A DNA stretch of 64,000 nucleotides from Longimicrobiales bacterium (GCA_965219445.1 CBDCNQ010000004.1:672001-736000), one strand, 5' to 3'; positions 27,958 through 38,556 are shown, counted from the first letter of the stretch. Notes: generated by a model from the sequence alone, not told the origin. Numbers and translations: made by a program.

Positions 27958-29358
27958 CTATCCCTGTCCGAGCCGCCAACGGACATCCGGACCCCATCCT
28001 TTCGGCGGATCGTACCCCTTCCGACCCATCAGCCCATATGTGAGGTGCTTGCCCAGCTCGACTCCCGGTTGATCGAGCGGGTTCACGTCGTACAATGCGC
28101 CGGCGTAGACCGTAGCGACGGACATGAGCATGAAGAGCTCTCCGAGCGTGGACGCATCGAGACACTCCAGCTCGAAAGTCATGTTCGCCCGGCCGCTCCG
28201 GCGGAGTGCCTCGGCCGTCGCCAGTCGTTCGGCATCTATGAGCTGACCCAGCGTGTGTCCTCCGAGATAACCGGTAGCGGGCATCGAGGCTCGATGAGTC
28301 CCAATCTCTGTGTCGGGTCGTGACCCGGTGAGCGCGAGGAAGATGACGACCTTGTCCAGAGGTCCCTCGATGAACAGTTGTAGCTGGGCATGCTGATCGG
28401 TAACCCCCAACGCCGGAAGCGGCGTCGGTCCGGTGTGGACGACGTTGCCGGCACGATCGTGCGCCTTGCCGAGAGACTCGGCCCAGAGCTGCTGAAACCA
28501 GAACGAGAAGGACCGGAGGCGCTCCGAATAGGGCATCATCACGTGGATCGATGCGCCCGATTCGGTATGAGCCATGTGAAGCAGTGTAGCCATGAGTCCT
28601 GCCGGGTTCTCTGACAGCACCGGCGTTCGGCAGTATTCCTCGGCCCGCGCGGCGCCTGCGAGAAGTCCCGCCGCATCCAGGCCAGCGAGGGTGGCCGGAA
28701 AGAGTCCCACCGGCGAAAGCACGGAAAAACGGCCTCCGACGTTTTCCGGAATCGGCAGGCTTTCGATTCCCTCGGCCTCGGCTATCGAGCGCAGGGCTCC
28801 GTTCTGTGGATCGGTGGTGAACACGAAGTGCTCCCCCACCTTTTCCGTGCCTACCTCCTCGATCAGCAGCCCTTCGACGACCAGGTAGAGCGCCATGGTC
28901 TCGGCGGTGGATCCCGACTTGCTGACGACGTTGAACAGCGTACGGCGGAGATCGAGATGCTCTATCGCGTCCAAGACGTCATCAGGATCCACGTTGTCGA
29001 GGATGTACATCCGGGGCCTGCCCTCCCGTTCCTCGTTCGATCGCCCGTTCCACCACGGCCCCAGCAGCGCATCTCGCAGCGTCCGAGCGCCCAAGGCGGA
29101 ACCCCCGATCCCGATGACCACGAGATTCTCGAACCGCCCCTGCAGGCGATCCGCAAGGTCCTGCGCATGGCCCACCCCCCCTGTGTCGTACGGAAGCTCG
29201 AGAAATCCAGTCTCACCGGAACGCCGAGAAGACTCCACCTTTTCATGGGCCGCACGAAAGCGATCTGCGAGGTCTCCCCTGAGACGGTCCGGGTCGACTC
29301 CATCCACGCCGAGGCGCTCCATTACCATGTTCGAAAAATCGAGTGTGATGGGCGTCAT
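27958..29358 (-). CDS. pgi: Glucose-6-phosphate isomerase
   Basis: GIGGSALG, SKSGSTAET, VGGRFSV, QLWAESLGK, DQPGVELGK. Confidence 0.94.
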   Translation of the reverse strand: MTPITLDFSNMVMERLGVDGVDPDRLRGDLADRFRAAHEKVESSRRSGETGFLELPYDTGGVGHAQDLADRLQGRFENLVVIGIGGSALGARTLRDALLGPWWNGRSNEEREGRPRMYILDNVDPDDVLDAIEHLDLRRTLFNVVSKSGSTAETMALYLVVEGLLIEEVGTEKVGEHFVFTTDPQNGALRSIAEAEGIESLPIPENVGGRFSVLSPVGLFPATLAGLDAAGLLAGAARAEEYCRTPVLSENPAGLMATLLHMAHTESGASIHVMMPYSERLRSFSFWFQQLWAESLGKAHDRAGNVVHTGPTPLPALGVTDQHAQLQLFIEGPLDKVVIFLALTGSRPDTEIGTHRASMPATGYLGGHTLGQLIDAERLATAEALRRSGRANMTFELECLDASTLGELFMLMSVATVYAGALYDVNPLDQPGVELGKHLTYGLMGRKGYDPPKGWGPDVRWRLGQG

Positions 29359-30134
29359 GAGATCTCGATACTCAGACCGTCGTAGGCCGGAGTCACGTTT
29401 TCGGGGAGCCTATCTATCAATTCCTGGTGCCGAACTCGATGGGTGAGATGGATGAGGAAGGTGCGCTCCGCTCCCACGGTCCTCGCCGCATCGACGGCCT
29501 CTTCGACGTTGAAATGAGTCGGATGCGGCCGACCGAACCACAGCGCATTGAGTACCAGAACGCTCACACCCCTCAGTGTTTCCAAGGCGGCCACCGGTAG
29601 TTCCTTCGCGTCGGTGACGTAACCCAGGGACCCGACGCGAAAGCCGTATACGGTGACCGGCCCGTGAGGCACCACCACCGGATCGAAGCGGTGGCCAAGG
29701 ATCATCGTGGCCTCGTCGGGCCCGAACGGCTGGAGGCGCACACGGGGCTTGCTCGTTCCCTCGGGGGGTTGAAAATCGTCGTCGAAAATATACGAGAACC
29801 GGGTTCGAAAGAGATCGTCATACTCCTTTGGAACGAAGGCAGGGATATCACGCCTCTGCCGAACCGTGAAGACGCGTAGATCGTCAATGCCGTGTACATG
29901 GTCGGCATGGCCGTGCGTATACCACACCGCATCGACATTTCCGGCACCGGCAGCAAGCAACTGGAGTCGGAGTTCAGGCGGTGTATCGATCAGAACCGTG
30001 CCCTCGTCTAACTCGAGTAAAGCCCCGTGTCGCGTCCGCTTGTCCCGGGCGTCCTCTGAGGTGCAGACGTCGCAGTCGCACCCGACCACCGGCACGCCGA
30101 AAGAGGTTCCTGTCCCGAGGAAGGTGAGTTTCAT
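29355..30134 (-). CDS. MBL-fold metallo-hydrolase (PhnP-like)
   Basis: MKLTFLGTGTSFGVP, CDCDVC, THGHADHVHG. Confidence 0.88.
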   Translation of the reverse strand: MKLTFLGTGTSFGVPVVGCDCDVCTSEDARDKRTRHGALLELDEGTVLIDTPPELRLQLLAAGAGNVDAVWYTHGHADHVHGIDDLRVFTVRQRRDIPAFVPKEYDDLFRTRFSYIFDDDFQPPEGTSKPRVRLQPFGPDEATMILGHRFDPVVVPHGPVTVYGFRVGSLGYVTDAKELPVAALETLRGVSVLVLNALWFGRPHPTHFNVEEAVDAARTVGAERTFLIHLTHRVRHQELIDRLPENVTPAYDGLSIEIS

Positions 30135-30260
30135 AAGTCCCATACAGGCGGAGGGGTCCGTGGAAGCTGCCCTTGGGCGATCTGAAGAGCAAGGCTCTGC
30201 TACGGACCAAACCATGACCCGCTTGCGCGCGGGCGCCTCCGGACCGAAGCTCCCGGCATC

Positions 30261-31385
30261 ATGACGATACGACTGATCTCAGACGCGTCCTCTCTCCCCG
30301 AGTTGGGCGAGGGCCTGACGGGAAAATCCCGGATGGCCGTAGACCTCGAAGCCGCCGGCTTTCATCGGTATTCGGATCGGGTCTGTCTACTTCAGGTGAG
30401 CAGCGGCGACCATAATTTCGTCGTCGATACGCTCGCCGTCGATCCGTCTGACGTCCTCCGGGGCCCGTTGGAAAGCCCGACCGTGACGGTCCTCCTTCAC
30501 GGCGGCGATTATGATCTTCGACTCCTGGACCGGGACTTGGATCTACACCCCGTGAAGCTTTTCGACACGCAGACCGCTGCGGCGCTTGTGGGAGAGACGT
30601 CTCTCGGGCTCGCGGCGCTCCTAGAAAAGTACCTCGATGTCCACGTTTCCAAGAAATACCAGCGCGCAGACTGGGCGAAGCGTCCTCTGCCGGATGATAT
30701 GCTGGACTATGCGGCGTCGGACACGCGCTATCTGCATGATTTGGCTGACGTCCTCACTGAGCGGTTGGAAACACTCGGGAGAAGCTCCTGGGCGGAAGAG
30801 GAATCGACCCTCATGGAAGCGTTACGCTGGAGCGCCGACGGCGACGACGATCCCGTCACCAAGATCAAGGGTACGCGAGATTTCGAGCTCCGTGAGGTGG
30901 CCCTTCTCCGTGAGGCCTGGTTCTGGAGAGATGAGGTGGCCCGCGCCCGGGATCGCGCCCCCTTCCGAGTGGCTGGAGATCCGGCGCTCCTCAAAGTGGT
31001 ACGTGAGCGGCCGCGAGACATTTCAGCCCTTGGGGGCGTAAATGGTTTTTCGCCCCAGCTCGCGGAACGGTCGGGCAAGGAGTTACTCGATCGGCTCGAG
31101 CAGACCGACAGCCTCGACGATTCCAAGCTCGTGGGTTATCCCCCAGGTCCCCTCGCCCCACGCCGGCCCACGCCCGAGGTGGAGGACATCGCCAACCGCC
31201 TCAAAGCGATTCGTAACGAGACGGCTGAGGCCCTGGGGATCGCCCGGGGACTGCTGATGTCCAACACCGTGATCTTGGAGATCGCCCGTACCCAACCGAG
31301 TTCTGTTGATGAGCTCGCTGGGATGACAGGGGTGAGGCGCTGGCAAGCAGAGGCATTGGCGGATCGGATCTTGGCAAACCTCTAG
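30261..31385 (+). CDS. rnd: Ribonuclease D with HRDC domains
   Basis: AVDLE, CLLQ, HGGDYD, FDTQ, DWAKRPL, YAASD. Confidence 0.9.
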   Translation: MTIRLISDASSLPELGEGLTGKSRMAVDLEAAGFHRYSDRVCLLQVSSGDHNFVVDTLAVDPSDVLRGPLESPTVTVLLHGGDYDLRLLDRDLDLHPVKLFDTQTAAALVGETSLGLAALLEKYLDVHVSKKYQRADWAKRPLPDDMLDYAASDTRYLHDLADVLTERLETLGRSSWAEEESTLMEALRWSADGDDDPVTKIKGTRDFELREVALLREAWFWRDEVARARDRAPFRVAGDPALLKVVRERPRDISALGGVNGFSPQLAERSGKELLDRLEQTDSLDDSKLVGYPPGPLAPRRPTPEVEDIANRLKAIRNETAEALGIARGLLMSNTVILEIARTQPSSVDELAGMTGVRRWQAEALADRILANL

Positions 31386-31412
31386 AGTGGGTTCGCAGAA
31401 GGGGACCAGCCC

Positions 31413-31793
31413 CTAGGCCACGTCCTCCTCTTTCCGCTTGCAGTCGATGCAATACCTCGCATGTGGGAGCGCGTCGAGACGCTCATACCCGACCTCGGAG
31501 CCACAGGTGTGGCAGTTTCCGAAGTTCTTAGGATCATCGTACAGCCGGCGTAGCGCCTCCTCGAGGCGATAGATGTAGCGTCCCTCTTTAGTCGCGAAGA
31601 GGGCGGCCTTCTCACGCTCCATCGCTTCGGTCCCCTGGTCCGCCATGTGGTCCGTATAGGCGGATAAGTCGGAGTCCATCGACTCTCGATCGAGCTTGGC
31701 AATGCGGTCGAAGAGCCCCAACGCCTTGAGCGCTCTTGCCCGCTCATCCATGAGCCGACCCTCGATGTGCTGGAGCTGCTTCTTGGTCAACAT
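31413..31793 (-). CDS. dksA: DksA/TraR C4-type zinc-finger protein
   Basis: HMADQGT, FGNCHTCG...RLDALPHARYCIDCK. Confidence 0.85.
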   Translation of the reverse strand: MLTKKQLQHIEGRLMDERARALKALGLFDRIAKLDRESMDSDLSAYTDHMADQGTEAMEREKAALFATKEGRYIYRLEEALRRLYDDPKNFGNCHTCGSEVGYERLDALPHARYCIDCKRKEEDVA

Positions 31794-32073
31794 TCCGAAT
31801 TTGTATCGCGTTCCGATTGTGGAAGAGCGCGGCCAACTCGCCCCAAGGCGAGGACCCCAAGGCGAGGAAATTAATCGAATCGGAAAATGTCGTCTACGTC
31901 AACGCGGCATCTTCACGTGTTAGTGTCCTGAGTCGGCGGTTCAGCAAAAATTCGCGGCAGAATCAGATCGGTCGGATCCCAGCCCCTACGTGAGGGTAGT
32001 CCCGTGTTCCCGGACGAAGAGATCCGCAGGTTCGTCTGGGACTCGGACATCAACGGGAGGTCACGAGGCCAAC

Positions 32074-32352
32074 GTGGAAACCATCGAGTGCAGGCGTTGT
32101 GGACCCGATAAACCGAAGCTGGCCAAGCCCCCGTTTCGGACGGAATTGGGCAACAGCGTCCAGGAGCAGATCTGCTCCCAATGCTGGGCGGACTGGCTAC
32201 AGCATCAGACGCTTCTGATCAACCACTACGGGCTCGACCCGCGTGACGCTAAGGCCCGGGAGTTTCTGTACGGTCAGATCGAAACCGTATTACTGGCAGG
32301 CGGGGAGGGGAAGCAAGTCGATACCTCGCAGCAGGGTGAGATCGAGTGGTAG
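32074..32352 (+). CDS. Fe(II)-trafficking / oxidative damage protection protein (YggX family)
   Basis: PPFRTELG...ICSQCWADWLQHQTLLINHYGL. Confidence 0.85.
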   Translation: METIECRRCGPDKPKLAKPPFRTELGNSVQEQICSQCWADWLQHQTLLINHYGLDPRDAKAREFLYGQIETVLLAGGEGKQVDTSQQGEIEW

Positions 32353-32372
32353 ATTCTAGGGCCGTTGCCGGT

Positions 32373-33995
32373 TTAGGCTCCGGGCAGCACGAGGTTCCGG
32401 CACGCGTCGTCCCAACCCAAACGCACCAGCATGCCTCCGGCCCACGACGCCTGAAGCTGGACAGCACCGGGGCAGCGCGCGTCCAGCTCGTCCAGCGCCT
32501 CCTGGTGAACTAACCCGGCGTTCTCCAACACGACATACTCGATTCCAGAAGCGGACCAGACCGCGAATTGCTCCGAGGGAATACCCCAGATGGGGCCGTC
32601 CCCAGCAAGGCGAAAACGGGCACTGGGTGCGACGCGGCGGCCTGTGTGAAGAGCCAGTCCCGCCCACAGCTCCGGGGCTCCCACGACGCCGGTCTGTGGG
32701 ACGCGCTCCTCGACAGCCGACACGGCCCGGGCAAGCATGAGTTCCCTCACTCGGAGGGGCTCCACATGACGCCCACCTCCGAGGGCAAACACACTCGCTG
32801 AACCCAACGCGAGAATCCAAGCCAGACCCATGACCCCAACCAGGACCGTGCGGGGACTCGGTCGCGCGCCATCGGTGAGGATCCCACGAGTCAGCCTCTC
32901 CGCCTCCGGTCCAAACCCGGCCACCATGACCATCCCCAGGACGGGGATGAGCGGCATCACCAGACGGACCTCCTGATAGGGCCACAACCAGAGCATCACC
33001 GTAAGGAGAGCGGCCGTGAGAATCGGTGTCCACGTCCGGGCGGAGAGCCGGCGTACCCCGACGACGAGCACTGCGCAGGCAACGCCCCCCACCACAATGG
33101 CGTCCCAGCCCTGTGCGCCTAGAAAGAAAACTCCAACGATCCGACCACCCAGCGCGAGCCCTTGCCCAACCATGGCGTCGAAGAATCCGCTTTCCCCACC
33201 GGCCTGGCTGGCGAGCCAGCCGGCATAGGGACCGAGTGTGTCGCGTAGGGGAGCGGGAATCGCGGCCGCCGCCCGGCCTGACCAGATCATCCATGGCGCA
33301 ATGATCAACAGGGCCCCGCCGGCGCTCCGGACCGCCCACACGGCGCTGCCCCGTAGCAGTAGGGCCAACGGCACGGCGATGCCTACGGCTAACCCCATGG
33401 TTCGGGTGTGGTACGCGAACGTGAATACAGCCAAGAATTCCCCGAATCGGCGCCACGTCGGCTCGGCCTCCAGGCGAGAGCCCGTCCAGAGCGCCGCAAC
33501 CAGGGCGACCAGGAAGAGCGGCTCGGACAGAGGCACCAGGGCCAGTCGCCACAGATCGGGAAGCAACCAGAGCAGAACTGCGGTTGCCATCGAACTCCGC
33601 CATGAGAAGTTCAGCGAACGCAGATAGGCCGCGAACAGCCCCCCGCTCGACGCCACGAACAGGAGATTGAAAATAGACGCGAGTGTCCCCTGCCCCGCCG
33701 CCTCGGGCGCGACCCTCCACAATAGGGCGAGGAAGACGGGATATAGCGGGGGGAACTTTGCTCCGGGCGGGGACCCGGCGACCTGGGAGTACCGGAGGCC
33801 TTCGCCATCTGCGAGAGATTTGCCGAGCAGTAGATATGCACCGTCATCGTGCCACACGCCGGGCGGCACAGCGGCCCAGGCCAAGAGGCCGACAACTGCC
33901 AGGCCCACCGTCACGATCAGGGGTACGACGAAGCCGGGTATCCGCCCTGTAGCCGGAAAGATCCCAGGCTCCTCCAGAGCGGTAGGGTGGCTCAT
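32373..33995 (-). CDS. Polytopic GT-C-type glycosyltransferase (ArnT/PMT-like)
   Basis: HDDGAYLLLGKSLA, KFPPLYP, LSEPLF; many TM helices. Confidence 0.7.
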   Translation of the reverse strand: MSHPTALEEPGIFPATGRIPGFVVPLIVTVGLAVVGLLAWAAVPPGVWHDDGAYLLLGKSLADGEGLRYSQVAGSPPGAKFPPLYPVFLALLWRVAPEAAGQGTLASIFNLLFVASSGGLFAAYLRSLNFSWRSSMATAVLLWLLPDLWRLALVPLSEPLFLVALVAALWTGSRLEAEPTWRRFGEFLAVFTFAYHTRTMGLAVGIAVPLALLLRGSAVWAVRSAGGALLIIAPWMIWSGRAAAAIPAPLRDTLGPYAGWLASQAGGESGFFDAMVGQGLALGGRIVGVFFLGAQGWDAIVVGGVACAVLVVGVRRLSARTWTPILTAALLTVMLWLWPYQEVRLVMPLIPVLGMVMVAGFGPEAERLTRGILTDGARPSPRTVLVGVMGLAWILALGSASVFALGGGRHVEPLRVRELMLARAVSAVEERVPQTGVVGAPELWAGLALHTGRRVAPSARFRLAGDGPIWGIPSEQFAVWSASGIEYVVLENAGLVHQEALDELDARCPGAVQLQASWAGGMLVRLGWDDACRNLVLPGA

Positions 33996-34008
33996 CGCAA
34001 TGCCGGAA

Positions 34009-35226
34009 TCAGCCCCGTAAGACTACCTCGATGTCGACGAGCGCATCCTCGAGTGTCGTCTGATCGATCGTAAGAGGAGGCGCGAACCGAATGACCTGGT
34101 GGTGCGTCTCCTTCGCAAGAATCCCCTTGGCCTGAAGGGCCTCGCAGAAGGGCCTTGCGGTACCGGACGACTCCTTGATCACGACACCGATCATGAGACC
34201 GCGCCCACGAACTTCAACTACGTGAGGGGAGCCGATCTCGCGGAGTCGATCGGTAAACCACGTGCCGAGCTCATCGGAGCGCTCCGAAAGTTTCTCATCG
34301 AGGATGACACGTAGAGAAGCACGACCGATGGCCGCCCCCAGTGGATTTCCTCCGAACGTCGAGCCGTGGTCACCCGGCTGGAAAACGTCCATGATTTCGG
34401 CGTCGGCGATGGCCGCCGAGACCGGGTAAACTCCACCGCCCAACGCCTTGCCCACGATGAGCACGTCGGGCCGGACACCCTCCCAATCACAGCAGAAGAG
34501 GCGCCCGGTCCTTCCGAGCCCCGTCTGGATCTCGTCCCCCATGAACGCGATGCGCCGCTCCCGGCAAATCTCGGCAGTCCGACGCAGGTATCCATCCTCC
34601 GGCACGACCACGCCGCCTTCGCCCTGGAGAGGCTCGACCAGGAATCCGACCGTGTTCTCGGTGACGGCCGCCTCGAAGGCATCAGCATCACCGTAGGGGA
34701 CCAGCACGAAGCCGGGGGTGAACGGGCCAAAACCCTCGCGGTACTGGTCCTCGGATGAGAAGCCGACGATGGTCGTCGTCCGCCCGTGGAAGTTGTTTTC
34801 ACAGACGATGATCTCGGCTTTCCCCTCGGGAACGCCCTTCACCTGGTAACCCCATTTCCGGACCGCCTTGATTGCGGTCTCGACGGCTTCCGCGCCTGTG
34901 TTCATGGGAAGGGCCTTCTCGTACCCCGTGGCTTCACAAAGCTCGCGCACAAACGGCCCCATCTGGTCGTTGTGGAACGCCCGTGACGTCAGTGTCAGCT
35001 TCGACATCTGCTCCTCGGCCGCCGCCATGATCACCGGGTGACGGTGTCCCTGATTCAGGGCCGAATAGGCAGAAAGCATGTCGAGATACCGGTTCCCGTC
35101 CACGTCCCAAACCCACGCGCCTTCCCCGCGCTCCAACACGACCGGAAGAGGCTTGTAGTTGTAGGCACTGAACTGCTCGGCCTCTGTGAGATAGGAATCG
35201 GTCGTCGATGCGCTGGCCTGGGTCAT
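34009..35226 (-). CDS. rocD: Ornithine aminotransferase
   Basis: YSALNQGHRHP, LTLTSRAF, MNTGAEAVETA, DEIQTGLGRTG, GKALGGG. Confidence 0.93.
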   Translation of the reverse strand: MTQASASTTDSYLTEAEQFSAYNYKPLPVVLERGEGAWVWDVDGNRYLDMLSAYSALNQGHRHPVIMAAAEEQMSKLTLTSRAFHNDQMGPFVRELCEATGYEKALPMNTGAEAVETAIKAVRKWGYQVKGVPEGKAEIIVCENNFHGRTTTIVGFSSEDQYREGFGPFTPGFVLVPYGDADAFEAAVTENTVGFLVEPLQGEGGVVVPEDGYLRRTAEICRERRIAFMGDEIQTGLGRTGRLFCCDWEGVRPDVLIVGKALGGGVYPVSAAIADAEIMDVFQPGDHGSTFGGNPLGAAIGRASLRVILDEKLSERSDELGTWFTDRLREIGSPHVVEVRGRGLMIGVVIKESSGTARPFCEALQAKGILAKETHHQVIRFAPPLTIDQTTLEDALVDIEVVLRG

Positions 35227-35379
35227 GGCACTACTCGTGTGATAACGTGGTTGCTGCAGAGAGGGTGTGAAGAACGGCTCGCCCGATCATGGTCGCCGCG
35301 TCCGAAGATTTCAAGAGCCGGGGACATCCGTCGATCACGGGACGCACTGAGCGGTCGACGAAGTCCGGCCCGATGTCGC

Positions 35380-36321
35380 TCACCGGTTCCGGTACACGAC
35401 CTCAGCCACCACCTCTCCGACCATGCGGAGCGTCTGGGCGCTCGTGTTTTCCGGAACATCCCGAGGTGTGTGCCAGAAGCCGTTCCCCGGACCGTACTCG
35501 AAATCGATAATGTCGGCCACGGGAATACCTGCTTCGTTGAGTTGGACGTGATCGTCGACCACCCTCACGGTCCGGTCCATAGGAAAAAAACGGCGGTATC
35601 CGAGGTCGGCCGCAATACCCCAAATTCGCTGAACAACCTGACCGGCATCTTCCATGGAGTAGGCCTCTACGGGAAAGCTGGGATCCGCATCCGCCACCAT
35701 ATCGAGGAGGATGCCAAAAGCCGGAGGGTTCTCGCTTCCGATTCCAGCGACGTATTGCCGGGCGCCCAGAAACATGTCCTCCGTGGACGGCCCATAGTCC
35801 TCACCGTCGCTGAAGAGGAGCTCGACGCCCCGGGCTGGGGGCTGGTTGTTGAACATCCGGGCCAACTCCATGAGAACCGCCGTGCCCGAAGCGCCGTCGT
35901 TGGCACCGGGGACCGGCCGGTCCCGGTCGGCCTCCTGAGTACTCTGGTCTGACCTCGGCCGCGTGTCCCAGTGGGTAAGGAGGAGCATCCGGGAGCCGTC
36001 CGCGGGCCCGAACCGGGCGATCACGTTGGTCAGATCGAGTTCGTGGCCCTCCCCCGTCACGTGCTTGAAGGGGTCGAGAAACACCGTATCGGCGAGAGCT
36101 CGCAGTTCAGTCTCCAACCACTCCAGCTGCTGGGCATGCCCCGCCGACCCGGGTATGCGGGGCCCGAATGCGACCTGTCGCTCGAGATCCTGGAAGGCAC
36201 GATCCGCGTCGAATAGCGGCCGCTCGACTCGGACCGTGACGGTACTCTCTCCGGAATCACCCCCACCACACGCGGCGACCGCAAGCGGTATCGCGCCCAC
36301 CAGCATCGCCCATCGCTTCAT
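35380..36321 (-). CDS. M28 family peptidase / glutaminyl cyclase-like lipoprotein
   Basis: AVAAC lipobox, HWDTRP, GANDGASG, DGEDYG, LLDMV, DDH, WHT. Confidence 0.85.
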   Translation of the reverse strand: MKRWAMLVGAIPLAVAACGGGDSGESTVTVRVERPLFDADRAFQDLERQVAFGPRIPGSAGHAQQLEWLETELRALADTVFLDPFKHVTGEGHELDLTNVIARFGPADGSRMLLLTHWDTRPRSDQSTQEADRDRPVPGANDGASGTAVLMELARMFNNQPPARGVELLFSDGEDYGPSTEDMFLGARQYVAGIGSENPPAFGILLDMVADADPSFPVEAYSMEDAGQVVQRIWGIAADLGYRRFFPMDRTVRVVDDHVQLNEAGIPVADIIDFEYGPGNGFWHTPRDVPENTSAQTLRMVGEVVAEVVYRNR

Positions 36322-36331
36322 CACATCGCAC

Positions 36332-36766
36332 TCACACTTCCGGGGGACTTTCCATCTCCGCCGCCACCTGGGCGGCATGTTCTTTCATTCTTAGGGTCAT
36401 CGAGTAAAAGCCGTTCCTTCGGTTGACCGACAGATGCTGCTCCAGCTCCAACCGCTCGAAGAGCCCTTCCACATCGGTCGAAAGGATCTCTTCCGGCGTC
36501 TTGCCATTGTAGATCATCAAAAGCACAGCGATCAGGCCCTTGACGATATGTGCGTCGCTGTCGGCCCGATATACAACTTCGGACCGGTCCGAGCCCTCGA
36601 CGGTCACGAGCCAGACCTGGCTCAGACATCCTGGAACAAGGTGCTGTTGATCCCGGAATTCCTCCGGGTACGGCTCCAGCTTCCGCCCAAGCTGGATGAG
36701 GTATCGATAGCGGTCCTCCGAGGAGCGCAACCTGTTGAAGCGCTCGGCAAATTCGTCGGGGGTCAC
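36332..36766 (-). CDS. sufE: Cysteine desulfuration protein SufE
   Basis: YLIQLGRKL, VPGCLSQVW, ADSDAHIVKG, LSVNRRNG. Confidence 0.92.
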   Translation of the reverse strand: MTPDEFAERFNRLRSSEDRYRYLIQLGRKLEPYPEEFRDQQHLVPGCLSQVWLVTVEGSDRSEVVYRADSDAHIVKGLIAVLLMIYNGKTPEEILSTDVEGLFERLELEQHLSVNRRNGFYSMTLRMKEHAAQVAAEMESPPEV

Positions 36767-36812
36767 GGGTGGCCTCTGTCCTGGACAGGCTCTTGAAGGT
36801 GGCGGTGTCGGG

Positions 36813-38257
36813 TTAACCAGCGGCCGAACGGCTGGATCCGGTGCTCAATGAGATCGCTTTGAGGGCGCTCAGGAGTTCCTCCGCGACGAATGGCTTCTGA
36901 AGGAACGGAATATCATACCGCTGACAGAGAAGTGCTTCCTCTTCATCCAAGGCCGTGCCACTCATGACGACTGCCCGTGAGTCTGGGTATTTCTTGAGGA
37001 GGCTCACCGCGAGATCTACGCCGTCACCGTCCGGCAAGATCTGGTCGATCACCAGCATGTCGGGCACCTCCTCCTCCACCTGGCGCAGGGCGTCCTCGAC
37101 CGTCGAGCCAACTAGAACCCGATGCCCCTCATCGCTCAGAACCCGGTCCAGCCAACCGAGCACGGCATCATTGTCGTCGATCGCGAGCACGGTCGCCGGC
37201 GGAGCGGCTGGAAGAGGCGCCCCACCCACGGCGAGCAGAGTCAGATGAGCTCCGTCTTCGTGGAGGTCGACTCTGACCCGCGCCCCAGGTGTGACCTCGC
37301 CGTTTGCAACCATGGCAGCCAGTGGCTGCGTCAAGTGAAGGTGGATGATCCGCCTCAGCTCCCTCGCTCCGTACTCCATGCTGGTCCCTTTTTCGAGCAT
37401 GAAGAACCGAGCCGCTGGAGCCACCTCGATGTCGAACGATCGGCTACCGAGTCGGCTCTGAACATGCCGCTGTAGCTCGACCACGTGTTGCTCGAGGATT
37501 GCCACCAGAGACTCGTTTCCCAACGGACGATAGGTGATGACGGCGTCGATCCGGTTGACGAATTCGGGGAGAAGTGACGCCGGACCGCCCTCAGCCCTAC
37601 GCGCTCCAGGTGGGCAGAGAGCTCGGCCCCGGGGCGCCTCGCCGGCGTCTCGAAGCCCAGCCCCGGCTGGAGCTCGGACACCATGTCCCTCGCACCAAGG
37701 TTGCTCGTAAGGAAAATCAGAGATCTTTCGAAGTTCACCTCGCCACCGTCTCCGAGCCGTAGCGAGGCCTTGTCGAGCACGCCGAGCAGAAGCTGAGACA
37801 AGGATGGGGCAGCCTTTTCGATTTCGTCGAAAAGAACGAGCGAGAGATCGCACCCGGCGCTCGTCGTGTCGTCGAGCACGAGTTGGTTCAGGCGCGGCTC
37901 CGTCTGGGCGTGCCCCACATACCCAGGGGGAGCTCCAATGAGCTTCGCCACTTCATGCTCGCTCTGGAACTCACCACAGTCGATCTTGACGATCCTACGG
38001 GCATCGCCGTGGAGGACCTCGGCAAGCGCCTCGACGGTCCGGGTCTTCCCCGTCCCGGTCGGTCCGAGCAGAAGGAATACGCCTACCGGGCGGCCCTCCG
38101 GGGCGAGCCCCGACCGGTGAAGTTGGATGCTCGGTACGATGTGCTCCAATGCGTGGGCCTGCCCCACCACCCGGCTGGAGAGGAGTCCGATCAATTCGTC
38201 GGTGCGGTTGATCGGCGCCCGCTCCCGATCCTTTTCCGCTCCCAAAGGCTCACTCAC
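36813..38257 (-). pseudogene. ClpA/B D2-type AAA+ ATPase fused to a C-terminal receiver domain; 1-nt frameshift at ~37567
   Basis: GPTGTGKT, KLIGAPPGYVG, LFDEIEKA in the 5' ORF; EFVNRID, YGARELRR and receiver motifs (IDD, VIDQILPDGDG, QKPF) in the 3' ORF; joined by adding one C in the C-run at FSP/EF. Confidence 0.75.
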
Positions 38258-38500
38258 TTCAAATCTCCTTCGTCGAACCCTTTCCGCAGCCTGTGGCGCC
38301 CGGAATCTCAGTGGAGATGAGACCGACTCGCGAGGATTTCAACGCCCCTGGCCGAGCGTCACCGGACTCGTGTGGCGTCCCAGAAGTTCTCGGACACCAC
38401 ACTAAAATATCGGCAGGCCCCTGTTCCTACGTAAACCCCGAAGGTGGGGAAAAGAAACGGGCCCGCACCGCCTCGGGCGACGCGAACCCGGTCCACGGGG

Positions 38501-38529
38501 CTAGAAGGGTGATCGGAAAGGGGGGCGGG
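38501..38529. repeat. Dispersed 29-bp intergenic motif, copy 2
   Basis: CTAGAAGGGTGATCGGAAAGGGGGGCGGG. Confidence 0.85.
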
Positions 38530-38556
38530 CCGCGTTGCGGATGCCACGGCTCCAGA

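Noticed and set aside
31382..31407. CTAGAGTGGGTTCGCAGAAGGGG as a third copy of the 29-bp motif
   Set aside because: Similarity is too weak and needs gaps
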